Part shown: one piece after another, positions 40,883 to 55,345 of the stretch
How positions within the stretch are numbered: the stretch's first letter is position 1
Layout: each line of letters starts with the position of its first letter
Source: Octopus vulgaris
Taxonomy: Eukaryota
Reading direction: 5' to 3'
DNA length: 64,000 nt
NCBI GenBank assembly: GCA_951406725.2
Contig: OX597834.1
Location: 14,694,001-14,758,000, forward strand
Made by a program: the position numbers and the translations under genes
The notes under the pieces: model-generated
What the model was told of the DNA's origin: nothing
Seen by the model: only the letters and a program-made list of their open reading frames with translations
The model's database searches: none

Positions 40883-40921
<39 letters not shown>

Positions 40922-40949
40922 ATATATATATACAGATTTATATACGTAT

Positions 40950-41003
<54 letters not shown>

Positions 41004-41091
41004 CATATACATATGTGTATGTGTATTATATATGCATACATATATAATGTTTGTGTGTGTGTGTGTGTGTGCGTGTTTTATGGAACGCAGT

Positions 41092-41156
<65 letters not shown>

Positions 41157-41631
41157 CAAACACACACGTAAATATCGAACGATGTAAATGTGTACTCAAT
41201 ACAGCATTGTTGTACAATTTCGTTATTTGTGAGGTAAGGCTACGAACGGTAGAAAGATACACTAGTGTCGTAACAATTTCTCAAGTCAATCATAAGGAGT
41301 AATGTGTTCGCCTCCATTTTGAAAAAAAACAGTTTCGTTTAGTTCGCCGAGGGTCTCGTAAATTTACGTGAATAAAACTATGAATCAATGAATCAAAATT
41401 TGTAACATTTGGGTGGCATCCTTTGCATCTTTGTCTCCCTTGGATTTGCGATTCCGGAAGATTGTTGTCTGGACAATTTGATTGCATCATTCTCTTTTTT
41501 GTTCTCGGCACATTGTTCTTATATTTGTGCGCACCGGTCGTTCGTTTTGGGAGAATATTTTATTCTGTCTGTGGAGTGTGTGTGATATGTGTGTTTAGAT
41601 TGTAATCATACATATATAGATAGATAGATAG

Positions 41632-41682
<51 letters not shown>

Positions 41683-41959
41683 GAGATAGATAGATAAATA
41701 GATAGATAGATAGATAGATACAAATACGTGGGATGACCACTACGTGGACATCCATCATGCTAGAAGTAGATCCGCTATGGTCTTACCACTAAGAAAGGAA
41801 TGTTCTAATGAAAATTTTGTTTGCAAACGCTATACCTCTTATATGTATACAATATATTTTTTCTGCATCTTCAGATTTTAGTATGCTAGACAACTGGTTT
41901 TAAATTTATATTAATCAAATTGATATTCAATTTTCCCCCTTATTATTTTAAATTTATAC

Positions 41960-42026
<67 letters not shown>

Positions 42027-42144
42027 AGAGAGACACACACATACATACAGATGTGTTAGCGTGTTGCGTATTCGTTTATATACACACACAAATGAATAGA
42101 TAATACTTAAACAATTATCCGTACGTACATAAATATATATATAA

Positions 42145-42191
<47 letters not shown>

Positions 42192-42243
42192 CATACAAAT
42201 ATATATACATGCATACATATATATGTATATATATATATATATG

Positions 42244-42296
<53 letters not shown>

Positions 42297-42621
42297 GTGC
42301 AGCACGTGCTCCCGGTTGTTCCAATTATGAAATTAATAATTTCCAAATTGAAATAAAATACCGCACCATTTACCGTTTCGTGGCTCGTTGTTGGCCTTTA
42401 TCCTTAAATCCATAAATCCCGGAACATATGGAATAATTGTGACTATTTAACTAGTATTCTTTTAATCTTTTCTCGCTCAACCAATATGAATTTTCGAAAC
42501 ATGTACAACTACGTTACAAATATTGAAAGGAAATGTTTTTCAGTCCCATATTTTCTTACCATCAGGTAAGAAAAATAATATACATATATATAAGAAAAAT
42601 ATATATATATATAAGAAAAAA

Positions 42622-42676
<55 letters not shown>

Positions 42677-43050
42677 GATTATAATTAAGGATATGTACGA
42701 GATAGTCATGCTGAAAATAGCAGCCAAAACCTGACTGTAAAACCAATTAAATGTTCATATAGCACAAGGAGAAAAAACAAAAAGACAAAAAAAAACTAGC
42801 AAAAAAATAATACTCGATAATTCCAGATCCCGGATTCCTGAGTGCAGTAAGCGGTTCATCTATTCATATGCGTATATGTGTGCATATTCATATACTATTC
42901 TTCTATGTGCATCAATCAATGTATACCATTAAGCGTGTATAAATATTCACATGTGTAATGATAAATATAAATTTAACAGAAGTATCATTTAAATTATGCT
43001 TGAAAAATTTGATAAATACAGATCTCAACGATCATACATGCTCTTATGAA

Positions 43051-43102
<52 letters not shown>

Positions 43103-43172
43103 TATATATGTGTGTGTGAGTGTGTGTGTGTATGTATATATGTATATATATATATGTATATATATGTATATA

Positions 43173-43225
<53 letters not shown>

Positions 43226-43573
43226 CATAATGATTATATATTGAAAGATGTATACGCATGTGGATCAATATTTTTTTGTGTGTTTTAGTGTGTGTCCCTA
43301 TTCACATGCGTGTATGGGGATCTAATTTTCTATATCTCCAACGGGTTATTTTCCTGAAGTAACCAATAATACAGAAAGCAAAGAAGGTAAATAAAAAGAA
43401 ACAGTGTTGCTTTGCACCTGTGCTCACACAGACATGTACATATAAGCATATGCATTAACGTATGCACAAACAGAACTAGACTCACACATACCATCACGCA
43501 AAGCCAGGTTCTTACGTTCACTGAAACCACTACATCAACAGTAATATTTATGTTATGGAAATGTGTTAGTATA

Positions 43574-43654
<81 letters not shown>

Positions 43655-44261
43655 GTATGTGTGTGTGTATGTATATATATATATATATATATGTGCATAT
43701 ATATAATATATATTTATATGTATATAATATATATATATATGTATATATTATATATAATATATATATATATACATGCATATATATATAATATGCATACATG
43801 TATATGTATATGTATATATATTATATACATACACATATATAAAATGTACATAGATATAGATATATAATATATATAAACATAGATATAGAAATATGATATA
43901 TATATATATAAATTTATATATTTAATATATATCTACAATGGTATGAACATATATAACTATATGTATATATATACATATAACTATATACATAGAAATATAT
44001 ATATATATATATATCTAAACATACATATTTACATATACACCAGTCTTCGTCTTCTATGTTTCTGTAAATGTGCGTGTGTGTGTATTGGTGTGTGTGCGTG
44101 TGTGTACACTGGGAGAGAGAAAATAGAGGAAAAGTGAAAAGAAAGACGAGGACAAGAAGAACATATATAGGATTGAATATACTCATGTAAATGATTAACT
44201 CAAAACGAAGGATTGCATTTTAGAAAAGAAAAAAATCTGTAAAATATGCCATTATTGCTAT

Positions 44262-44280
44262 AAGTATTATTATCATTATC

Positions 44281-44349
<69 letters not shown>

Positions 44350-44399
44350 GTTGTTGTTGTTGTTGATGATCCTGTTGTTCTTCTTATCATTATTATTAC

Positions 44400-44435
<36 letters not shown>

Positions 44436-44464
44436 CATTATTGTTATTATTATTACCATTATCC

Positions 44465-44510
<46 letters not shown>

Positions 44511-44524
44511 CATTATTATTATTA

Positions 44525-44555
<31 letters not shown>

Positions 44556-44672
44556 CATTATTATCATTATTATTATTATTATTATTACTATTATTATTAT
44601 CGTTATCATTATTATTACTATTATTATTAATATCATTATTATTATTATCATTATTATTTTCATTATTATTAA

Positions 44673-44735
<63 letters not shown>

Positions 44736-44750
44736 CATTGTTATTGCTAT
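44262..44750. repeat. Long (ATT)n array with ATC/GTT variants
   Basis: Directly visible; source of the poly-N/I/L ORFs. Confidence 0.95.
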
Positions 44751-44930
44751 CGATCCTGTTCTTCTTTTCATTTTTCTTTCTCTTCCTGTCGTTACAAAAG
44801 CGAAAGACATGTTGATTTTGCACGTGTAAATGTAATTATATGCATATACAATTATGAATAACATATGAATTTCTTACATCTACGCATAGATCTACATACA
44901 AATGTATGTGTACACATATTACATCCATCC

Positions 44931-44967
<37 letters not shown>

Positions 44968-46975
44968 TGTGTGTGTGTGTGACTTTCTGCATATATATAT
45001 ATATATATTTATGAACGTATGTATTATGCATGTGCGTGTGTATATATTTATGTATTATATAATTCATAAATATGCAAGCGCGTGTCCTTATTTAAGTTAA
45101 AAAATATATATGTATTCATATAACTGTTATATGTGACAGAAATAGAACCATACCCATTGTTTATACACTTTGGTTTGTCTTTTTTTTCTTCCATATACCC
45201 TCCCTTATTAACCCTTTGCATGTTCACATAACTCGATAATAACCACCACGTCTCATTTTTTTTTATTTTCTTGTGTTTTTTTTTTCTTTTTTCAACACGA
45301 CTATATTTTATTCTTCAACTTTGTGTAATCATGTTTGTAATATTCCACTGTGATATATTTTTCGTTCTCTTGCAAAACGAAAACACACGAAAATTTTTAT
45401 GAGTCTCTTCGGTAGTTTTCGCTGCAAAAGATTTCACTTTTGTTTCAGATTTTTGTTTATACTACTGACGATATCTACCTCCATAATTGGTCATGAAATA
45501 GCTTGGCCATTGTCTTTCATGTCTGTTTTTGTATATTTTTACGACTCCAAATATGTATGTTTTATTTTCAGTATTAATATGCGAATGTCCTCGTATTTTT
45601 AAAAGAAATTCTTCACAATATATTTTGCAGTATGAACTTACGTTTAGTAATCTAATTTGTTCATTTTTTTCTGTGTTATGTTCATAACAAATCACAAGCC
45701 TCAGTATTCTAGAAGGAACATCATATATATATATATTATGTAAACTTTATAATTCTACATTTTGTATCCGGAATAAAAAAAACACACTCCTATCGACACA
45801 GAGAATTTCTGCATCTAAAACAACACCTCATTGCAATACGTTATATTACTCTACATAAAACGAAAGTAGACATACAAATTTTTTGTTGATAAAAGAAATA
45901 TTTTATATAAAATTTTCCCCTAAAATAATATAAACGATAGCCATAGAAGCAATATATATTAATGTCAACATGGAATACAAAATAAACGTACAAACCATTA
46001 ACTCCAGGAGCTGAGACCAACGTTAGCGCCAATGCGTCAGCGACCAACTAGATATAGAAACAACAGCCAGATTTCCATCAGATTGTATTAAACTGCTTAG
46101 AAAAGGAAGAAGCACAATGCACAATGCAGGCACATATGTGGTGCATGATATTATGGACGGTCGCGTAATAATTGTTGTTTGTCCTTATGTCTGCTTAAAA
46201 TGGAGGTCTCAGCTGCAAATCAACATCAATCCTAATTATCATGGACAAACATTCTTTTAATTGCAGAAACAAAGTTCTGGTGCTGATGATGAAAAGCAGA
46301 TAAAGCATTATATGATGTTTTCTCACCTGCGGTAGAACAGCAATTTATTCAACGACAAACTTAACTTATTTTACAGTAGTTCTACATAGAGATGCAATAA
46401 TTAGGGTCGTAAGCAAGCTTGTGTCTTGTCTTGGTGTCAGTACAAGCTCGATTCTATAAATACACACTCTCATCCAGGAACTCCTGTGGTAGATAATCAT
46501 GGGACTTTCTTTAATTGCCTATGTACTGAACCTCATCGAAATGCTTAGTCAAAGTATTCGGGAAGCTTTATTCCCAAATTTCACCTTGGGAGTGCTCCCC
46601 TTCTTCTCAATCCTCTAATAATCCCTAGTGGTCCTCAGGCCTATGTTGGGTTCGCCTGTATATCAGTTTCTTTGTGTTTTAATACTGGGCTCCTCACCAC
46701 GGGCTTTTATTATTTGGTTTATATATGACATTATTTAAGTGTTTACTGATCGGCCATAGCCAATTCGAATCTTCCATTTTATGCATACTTACAACTGTTG
46801 TACGCTTTCATTTTCCACGAGACAATCTAGCTCAGCTCTCTCTTGATGATGAACTTCTGGTTCGATTTCTAGTCGCACAGTATACAGTTTTATTTTATTT
46901 TATTTATTTATTTATTTGGATTAGGACGAGAAAATGTCCTTAAAATAGATTTTACGGCAATATTGTAAAGTAAAT

Positions 46976-47192
46976 TCAGGTGGTGAGCTGACAGAATCAT
47001 TAGCCCGCTGATCAAAATGCTTAGCGGTATTTCCTCTCTCTATATGTTCTGGATTTGAATTCCGCCAGGGTCTATTTTGTCTTTCATCATTTTGGAGGTC
47101 GATGAATTCTCCACCAGCTGAACACTGGGGTCGATGTAATCGATTAGCACCCTCACTCCAAATTCCTGGCGTTGAACCAAAACTTGAAAATA
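46976..47192 (+). mobile_element. Old family B-like SINE
   Basis: ggtggtgagctgacagaatcattagc..aaatgcttagcggtatttc..tttcatcattttggaggtcgat..ctggggtcgatgtaatcga. Confidence 0.75.
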
Positions 47193-48071
47193 ATATTGTA
47201 AGGTAGGATGTTATACCAAATACCATTTCTTTTCTCTCATTCAGGAGCTCCTAGGACAGATAATCATGGGGCTTTCTTTAATTGTCTATGTATTGACCCT
47301 CATCGAAATGTTTCGTCATCTATTCTTTGCATTCACTTCATGTTTTGGTTAACTGTAGTGATTCTGCAATCAACATAAAATTTGTTTCAACAGAAAATTA
47401 TGAAGCAGTTTCACATGGGACATTAACCAGTATAAGATTAGAGACATTTGAAGAGAGGCTACAATTGATCACAGGCATTCAAATATTTCTCTAATATTCC
47501 TGCGCAATCTTCGTTACAAGTTATCTAGTTCTGTTCAATCCGATATTTTTGAGGAATGATTCCAAAATGCTATACAGCTTCTTCATAATACTTTCGTGGG
47601 GCCATATGTAAGATATCACAAGACTGGGCAGCAGATTTCTGTTTTCCATAGTTGTCTACCATTATGTGTAATGTCTAAACTTCACACCAAGCGAGCCTAC
47701 TCTGTTAATGTTTATTTCTGCTCTTATATATTCAAGAACTAGTTAAACGTTGCAGTCATTTACAAGTACCAGTTGTGTTACTGCTAGCGAGGTTTGAAAT
47801 TATATGCAAAATCTCACGTCGTTACCATTAAACTAGCTCCCTAATTAATTAAATAGTATTATTCTTGTAATGTAAGTGGTTCATTTCCGTAACTTCACTC
47901 TTAGTGAAACGTGAATCGTCACCCACACTTTCTTAAAACAGCATCATTCAAACCAAATTAACAATTCAACCTCATTTTGAGGAATGTGCATATATATGTA
48001 TATATCTATTATCTATCTATCTATCTATATATCTATCTATCTATCTCTCTATCTATCTATCTATCTATCTA

Positions 48072-48106
<35 letters not shown>

Positions 48107-48109
<3 letters not shown>

Positions 48110-48535
48110 TAATATAGTGTGAAATTAATTAATTTAGAAATAATCATTAATTTCACCAAGTAGAGTTCGGCATGTAAAAGACCCATTCAAGGAAGGTTTA
48201 AGTAATACTAATTAATTAAGGGTTCAGCAACGATTTGCCTCACCACATACCGAATTTAGAAATAGCAGTCAAACAGTTTTGGCTATTCTTTCTAATTAAA
48301 AGGGCGATCCCAGTAAAACCAAAGCACTTAAAAAACAAACGACGCAGGCAAAAGAGAAAGAAATGACGGAAATCATTCTATATTAAATTACCTACGGACG
48401 TACGTTTCGGAATCAAGTCAAGTCAATTCAGAGCATAAAAATTGAATAATTATGCCTTACCTGACTATTAATGCACAATTATTAATAATTGAGTCGCAAT
48501 TATTTATAATTGAAGAGTCCTACGCTGAGGGGAAA
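48107..48535 (-). mobile_element. pLTR-like element with split hammerhead halves
   Basis: Homologous to 10040-10100. Minus strand GAAAC-GTAC-GTC-cgtag at 48392-48408; plus strand ctacg-CTGAGG at ~48520. Confidence 0.5.
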
Positions 48536-48566
48536 AATATGTGTGTGTATGTATGTATGTGTGTGT

Positions 48567-48621
<55 letters not shown>

Positions 48622-49231
48622 TGTGTGTCTGTGTATACAAGACGCACAGAAGCATATCTAAGGGATTTCAGTTTAGAAAGTATTTAATAAAATGATATAA
48701 AAATATATAAAGGAAGTATAGAATATTACCGGTTTCAACTATAATAAATCATCCTATCAAATATTAATTAAAATTTATAAAAATAAGGTTGAATAAAACC
48801 ACAGCTTATCTTCTGTTTGGGGGCCAAAAGTAGGTCCAGCATTTTTCGTTGAAGTCTTCTTTACATATAGCTTTGTAATCGGAATGATCCTACAGAACGA
48901 AACCTTGGTTTAGACATCTACTCACGCTAAAACTTAATAAAACTATACAATGCAACATATAATTACATAGCAAATGCGTATTTTATTATATTCCGCATTC
49001 ATTTGTTGATCATTAATTCCTATTTCAATGTTATATATCTATTTATTCATTTCCTTGAAACTCAGGAAATTAACTTCAATCTTTTATTTTTTTTTAATCT
49101 TTATATCTTTAAAAATATTTTTTCCCCGTTAGCATTTTTAAAAATCTCGTGTTTATTTTGACGCTTTAAATTTATGTTGGAATTTCAGAAAGTCAAAAGC
49201 ATCTGCTTATGTGTGTGTGCATGTATGTATG

Positions 49232-49303
<72 letters not shown>

Positions 49304-49473
49304 TGTGTATGTATACATATATATATCTATGTATATATATATATATATAAATATATATTTGTATATGTACATATATATATACATATTTGTATATGTACAT
49401 ATATATATATACATATTTGCATATGCACATATCTATCTATATATATATATATATATTTATATATTTTTGTATA

Positions 49474-49526
<53 letters not shown>

Positions 49527-50537
49527 CCGAATATATTTCCCATATTTTGAAATTATCATTTATTTTAACATCTGTTTTATTTTCAGACAATTTTATTTTT
49601 CCTTCTCACATTCCCAAATTTGCAGCGAATATATATGAATTATTGTGTTTCCTTTACTTTCCTTCTATTATTTCACATTCTAATAATATTATTTGTCTAT
49701 ATTTACAAAGTTTCAATAGATTCATTTAACGGTTCTTTACGTGTATTCATTTTCTTTGCTCGAAATTTTCTTGCCTTTTGTTTCAACGATTCATCTGTAT
49801 TTCATTATCTAACATTTTTAATATTCTATGCAGTCACATGCTATCAATTCCTAAATTCTTATTTCGACTCGATGGTACACAAAAAGAAGCATGTGCTATA
49901 AGTAATACATACATACATAAATATATCGTACATACATACATTTATATGGAAGTGAATACGTGTTTAAGTGTGGTGGGAGGTTGGATGCATTCATTTATTT
50001 ATTTGAATGGTGTTATTGTTCTCAGCTACTGCAATGAGTACCGCCATAGTAACGACCTGAAAAGTCAGGTCACCAGTGAAGTAAGCACACTCTACCCGCA
50101 GATACCGGAGGAGTGAAAGAGGATAACAGTGCCAACACTGCCATGAACAATAGTATTTCTGTACTGAGCGATGTTTCTCATACGTTTATATACAAACAAC
50201 ATACATATGTGCGTAGATATATACATAAACTAAACAAGGCTGTTTTCAGAATGGAGGCGAACACCTATCTCCATATTGTCGGCTTGAAAATTGCTGAGAC
50301 ACTAGGATACTTTTCCACTTTCTTAACATGAAACCAGTGGTAGCTTTATGTGTGTGTGAGTGTGTGTGTATAAGTCTGTGTGTGTGTGTGTGCTTGTGTG
50401 TGTCTGTGTGAGTGTGCGTATGTGTGTGTGTATGCGTAAATGGCCTCAGCATTAATGGATATAATTTCTTTATTTGTGAATTAAAGCTTCCATTGGTTCC
50501 ATGTTAAGAAAATTCAGAAAATATCCTAGTGTCTTAT

Positions 50538-50890
50538 AAAACGGAAATAAGTGGTTCCATACCTAGTTTTGTTTTCTGTGTAAAAAATAATAATGTTTTA
50601 ATTTGTCAATGGACTGTTAAGTCCAAATATTGTAAAAACGGAAATGAGAGGTTCAAAACCTTGTTTTGTTTTGTGTGTAAAAAATAATAATGTTTTAATT
50701 TGTGAATGGTCTATTAAGTCCAAAAATTGTAAAAACGGAAATAAGAGGTTCAATACCTCGTTTTGTTTTCTGTGTAGAAAATAATGTTTTAATTTGTCAA
50801 TGGACTATTAAATCCAGTAATTGTAAAACAGAAGTAAGAGGTTCAATACCTCGGCTTGTTTGTTTTTTTTTGTGTGTAAAAATAATGTTT
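50538..50890. repeat. ~95-bp tandem repeat, about 3.6 diverged units
   Basis: aaaacggaaataagaggttcaatacct..aataatgttttaatttgtcaatggacta..tgt recurs at about 50538, 50635, 50732 and 50826. Confidence 0.9.
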
Positions 50891-51019
50891 TTCAGAAGCA
50901 AAAATCGACGGGCGTTTTTTGTCTTCTCCCATTAATATTATTTTATTTTATCATTCATCTCATCAATGACCTGTCCAGCCCGCAAGCTACTCTGTATGGC
51001 AAACTTTTTTTAAAATAAA

Positions 51020-51161
51020 GTAGCTTGCTTACCAACCAAACGTTTCTGTGTTCAGTCCCACTGCGTGACACCTTTGGCAAGTGCCTTCTACTATAGCATC
51101 GAGCCAACCAAAGCTTTGCGAGAGAATTTGTCAGGCAGAAACTGAAAGAAGCCTGTTTTAC

Positions 51162-51213
<52 letters not shown>

Positions 51214-51272
51214 CTGTTTGTCCCCATACCTTCGCTGGACAAACGATATTGGTGTGTTTACGTATCCCTAAC
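51020..51272 (+). mobile_element. Diverged SINE family A fragment
   Basis: gtagcttgcttaccaacc..gttcagtcccactgcgtg..gaaactgaaagaagcc. Confidence 0.8.
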
Positions 51273-51380
51273 AACATTTATAGAAATATATATTTGTGTG
51301 TGTATGTCTATGTATGTATGAATATATATACGAAAATTTTTATATTCCTGAATATATACATATAGGTATACATACATACA

Positions 51381-51418
<38 letters not shown>

Positions 51419-52066
51419 CACATATACATATACATACATGCAACACACATAAACACACACTCGCGCACACATACATACAGACAAATATATATTTCCCTCA
51501 CGTACGGACTGTATCCTCTATTTGTTTTCATTTTAAACTCAATTTTTGCAGATGTGTTTCTTTATTTAAATCATTGTTCGAATCTTTCCGTTATTTCTTT
51601 TGATTACGTATAGACAATAAATATTAAAGATATGAAACCTAATCACAGAGACAAAAAAAATTCATTTCTTGGAGGAAATAATGCTGTAATTCAAGTTGCT
51701 ATTCATTTCTTGTTTATCTTGGCATCCATTGTGAATCGTACGTCGTTTCCTCTTTGTCGTCCTTTTTCTTACAGATCCATCCTGTCGTGTCTACCTCTCG
51801 TCTGCATTAACTCTCCTACCATATTTTATCTCATAATACGATGTGCAATACACGATTCGTAATATTTTGTAATATACGTTGATTTTGTTGGTGTTTTCAC
51901 AATCTTATTTTTCAACTTAATATATGCAGGCGAGTTTTGGACAACCAAATGGCGTCTTAAATATTTGAAAATGAACACAAGAAGATTATATTGAAACGAT
52001 ATATCCTATCGTAGCCTAAACATCTGGGACAAAAAAAGGCATTCAAGCTGGATTGGAGTAAAGAAA

Positions 52067-52122
<56 letters not shown>

Positions 52123-52127
52123 CGTTC

Positions 52128-52587
52128 TTTTATTCTTCTCTTGGTTTCAGTATTTTGACTGTGGCCACGCCGGAGCAAATCGTCCCCAGGACTTATTTTT
52201 TGTAACCCCTTACTCTATTCTATACTTAAGCCCTTATATTTTTTCTATTGGCATCTTTTTCCGAACCGCCAGATCACGAGGACGTACAATACCAACATCG
52301 TTTTTCAAGTGATATTGGGGGGACACAGACACACAGACACACGCACACACACATACACACACACATACCCCCCACACACACATACCCTCCCACACACGCA
52401 TACACACCCATATCTATATATACCACGCACTTCTTTCAGTTTCCGACTACCAAATCCACTCACAAGGCTTTGGTCGGTCTGAGGTTGTAGTAGAAGACAC
52501 TTGCCCAAGGTGTCACCCAGTGGGACTGAACCCAGGACCATGTGGCTGGTAAGCAAGCTCCATACCAAACAGCCACACCTGAGCCTA
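52128..52587 (-). mobile_element. Diverged SINE family A
   Basis: Colinear with other A copies. Confidence 0.8.
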
Positions 52588-52829
52588 TATGCATTACCGA
52601 AAGAGATATTATTATTACCGAGTAATCCTGAGAAGTAATATATATTCTCACTAAACGCGGTGGTCGTGTTAGATTAATGTATACTCGACCGCTAGAGAGA
52701 ACAGCGACTCATCTCACCGCCAGCAATATGTAGAATATTAAGTAGGCATTAATAATTGGTAATCAAATCTATTTTCCTTTAACAAATTTATTGAAACAAA
52801 TGACTCATGTTATTTATTACATGGGGAAA

Positions 52830-53601
52830 TTAAAGTAAATCTTCATATTTCAACGTAAGCCCCAGTGGTGCCAACCATTTTCCTGAAACGGCCAAGGTTG
52901 GAATAAACAAATTCCTGAAGGACGTCGACTGGGATATCATTGAGAACCTCCTCAATCCGTGTCTCCAGGTACTTCCTTATCCGTGGATTTGTCTTGTACG
53001 CCGCCTCACTTGTGTAGCCCACAAGTAAAAATCATTAGGAGTGATATATGGACTCCTTGGAGTTCTGAATCTCTGAACATCTGTGGTCAGAGTCTTCAGA
53101 TTTTAGCCCCTACTCGTAATAGGTTTTTCACGGGCGAAATTTCAATTCTTTATAAAACACCGTACGCATTGGGTGTCTTGTTCGTCCGCATTCACAAACT
53201 GCTTGGCGTGTTGATTTTTGCGGGGATCGATTAAGCATTTCCTGTTCTGTTGTTACGTTCTCTGCTAATCGGGATGTGCTTGGACGGCCACTTCTTCTTC
53301 TATCGTTCACAGAGACCGTGGTCATCAGCTTTGCATGACTTTTTATTGTCTCCGGACGTAGTGTTGCGTGCCACCATCTCTGAACCGAAACAATGGAATA
53401 CTACACTTCATAGCGTGCTGCTATCATAGCTCACTCCTGAACAGTCAAGAGACCGGCCATCTGGAAAATAGGAAATAAGAAATAAGAAAATAGGAAAAAC
53501 ACGAAATGCCCACAAGTGTTGTCTGTTTAATAAAATAACTTCAGTGATACTAAACATTCTATAAGCAATTTCTAATGCCCAGTTACTTTCCACCCACCTT
53601 G

Positions 53602-53603
<2 letters not shown>
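52830..53603 (-). mobile_element. Internally deleted Tc1/mariner-superfamily transposon remnant
   Basis: Minus-strand peptide SVNDRRRSGRPSTSR..NRSPQKSTRQ (Tc1-like HTH/GRPR region), a degenerate DFYLWG-like segment and C-terminal RFRKMVGTTGAYVEI*. TA-adjacent terminus caaggtgggtggaaagtaactg. The other TIR was not found. Confidence 0.72.
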
Positions 53604-53637
<34 letters not shown>

Positions 53638-53639
53638 AA

Positions 53640-53692
53640 AGGACAGACCACTAAAAGTGGACGGTGACCGTCCACTTTTAGTGGTCAGTCCT
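53640..53692. repeat. Palindrome, 26-bp arms, 1-nt spacer
   Basis: aggacagaccactaaaagtggacggt-g-accgtccacttttagtggtcagtcct, one mismatch. Confidence 0.92.
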
Positions 53693-53788
53693 CTACATTT
53701 TGTATGTAAACATATTTTAATCTTCGAAGTTTTTTAATATGCCAGGCCACTGGTTTTAATTGATTAATATCAATTTCTACCCTTATTA

Positions 53789-53880
<92 letters not shown>

Positions 53881-53882
<2 letters not shown>

Positions 53883-54052
53883 TCTCCTTGTTTCTCTCCG
53901 TGTTTCTTTTCTGTGTATCTTTCTGTTGAAGGGTGTAGGCTCGAAACGTAAAAGACTTGTTTTATTTATATTCCTGAGCGCCATACTAATACAATTGTTT
54001 GTTTGTATTCCACCTGCCTTCGTCTTTTGTTTATTTTCATAAAGCTTCTCGT
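53881..54052 (+). mobile_element. Family E short element in (TA)n with hammerhead-like motif at 53918-53955
   Basis: tcttt-CTGTTGA-a-gggt gtag gctc-GAAA-CG-TA-aaaga; homologous to 11028-11156. Confidence 0.68.
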
Positions 54053-54102
<50 letters not shown>

Positions 54103-54153
54103 TATGTATGCATGTATATATGTAATTATGTATGTATGTATGTATGTATGTAT

Positions 54154-54186
<33 letters not shown>

Positions 54187-54273
54187 CATACATACAGAGT
54201 GAGATAGATAAATAGATAGATAGGCAACTAGATAGATAGATAGATATATAGATAGATAGACAAACAGACAGAC

Positions 54274-54415
<142 letters not shown>

Positions 54416-55084
54416 CCGTAGGTTATATCTTATATCTTTTCCATGCATTATGAGAAGTGGGTGTTTATCATTCTGTAAGTTTCACTGATTACAAATGGGA
54501 TAATGTATACGTTTCTTCTAGGTCATAATTCAATAACTAAGATTGTCTAATTCCCGAGTAAACTACTTCAGCTCACCTCTGCACGCCATTACAGTAGCTG
54601 CGATTTGTTGTGTCGCTTATGAATGGATTATTGTTCTTTATGTCACGGGAAACGATGTCAAGCTTTTAATGTGCTACCTATTGTTCCGTTCGCATGATCA
54701 AATTTCATACGATATATTGTTCGTCTTTATTCATAGACAGGTAAATATTCGCAAGAATTACCGCGTAACTTTTATATCGAAAGTCTGAACTCGTTGACCT
54801 CAGAATTATATGTCATAATTCTGATTCTTTACATAATTTCGTTTGCGATAATGTCGGACATGTTAGTACAATGGGTGTAAATAACATTAGGCAACGAAAC
54901 GAAGAAGTGTTATGACAACCTCTACAATATATTATTACAGTATAGACGTTATTCTAGTTGTGTCTTCGTACTGATTACTGCTTGTGTATCTATCAGACAG
55001 ACTGCTTTAATTAGTCGTTTAAGTAATGGTCATTTATTGGCATATCATAATGGCATTAGCTGCTTGATTCCATTTTTGTTATTT

Positions 55085-55345
55085 CTACCAGTTCAGTACA
55101 CGATGCCGTGACTTGCTGGCGAGTCTGATTGTGTAATATGAACCATGATTTTGCTGATTGTTATAGGAACGTCTGTAGTAGCGAACAGTCATAGAGAACG
55201 GCGCGTTTCCTTTACCTTGGGGAACATCTAACATGTAGCAGACAAAGAGAGTGAGAACAGCACTAATAACCGGAGGAAACATCTCACCAAGCCTGCGTGG
55301 AATCGAGCCTAGAATCTTATGATCATTAGTAGAACACACCTAAAC
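55085..55345 (-). mobile_element. Highly diverged family C-like SINE
   Basis: tRNA-like head on the minus strand (ggaatcgagcc..atcttatgatc on plus) and weak tail similarity. Confidence 0.45.
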
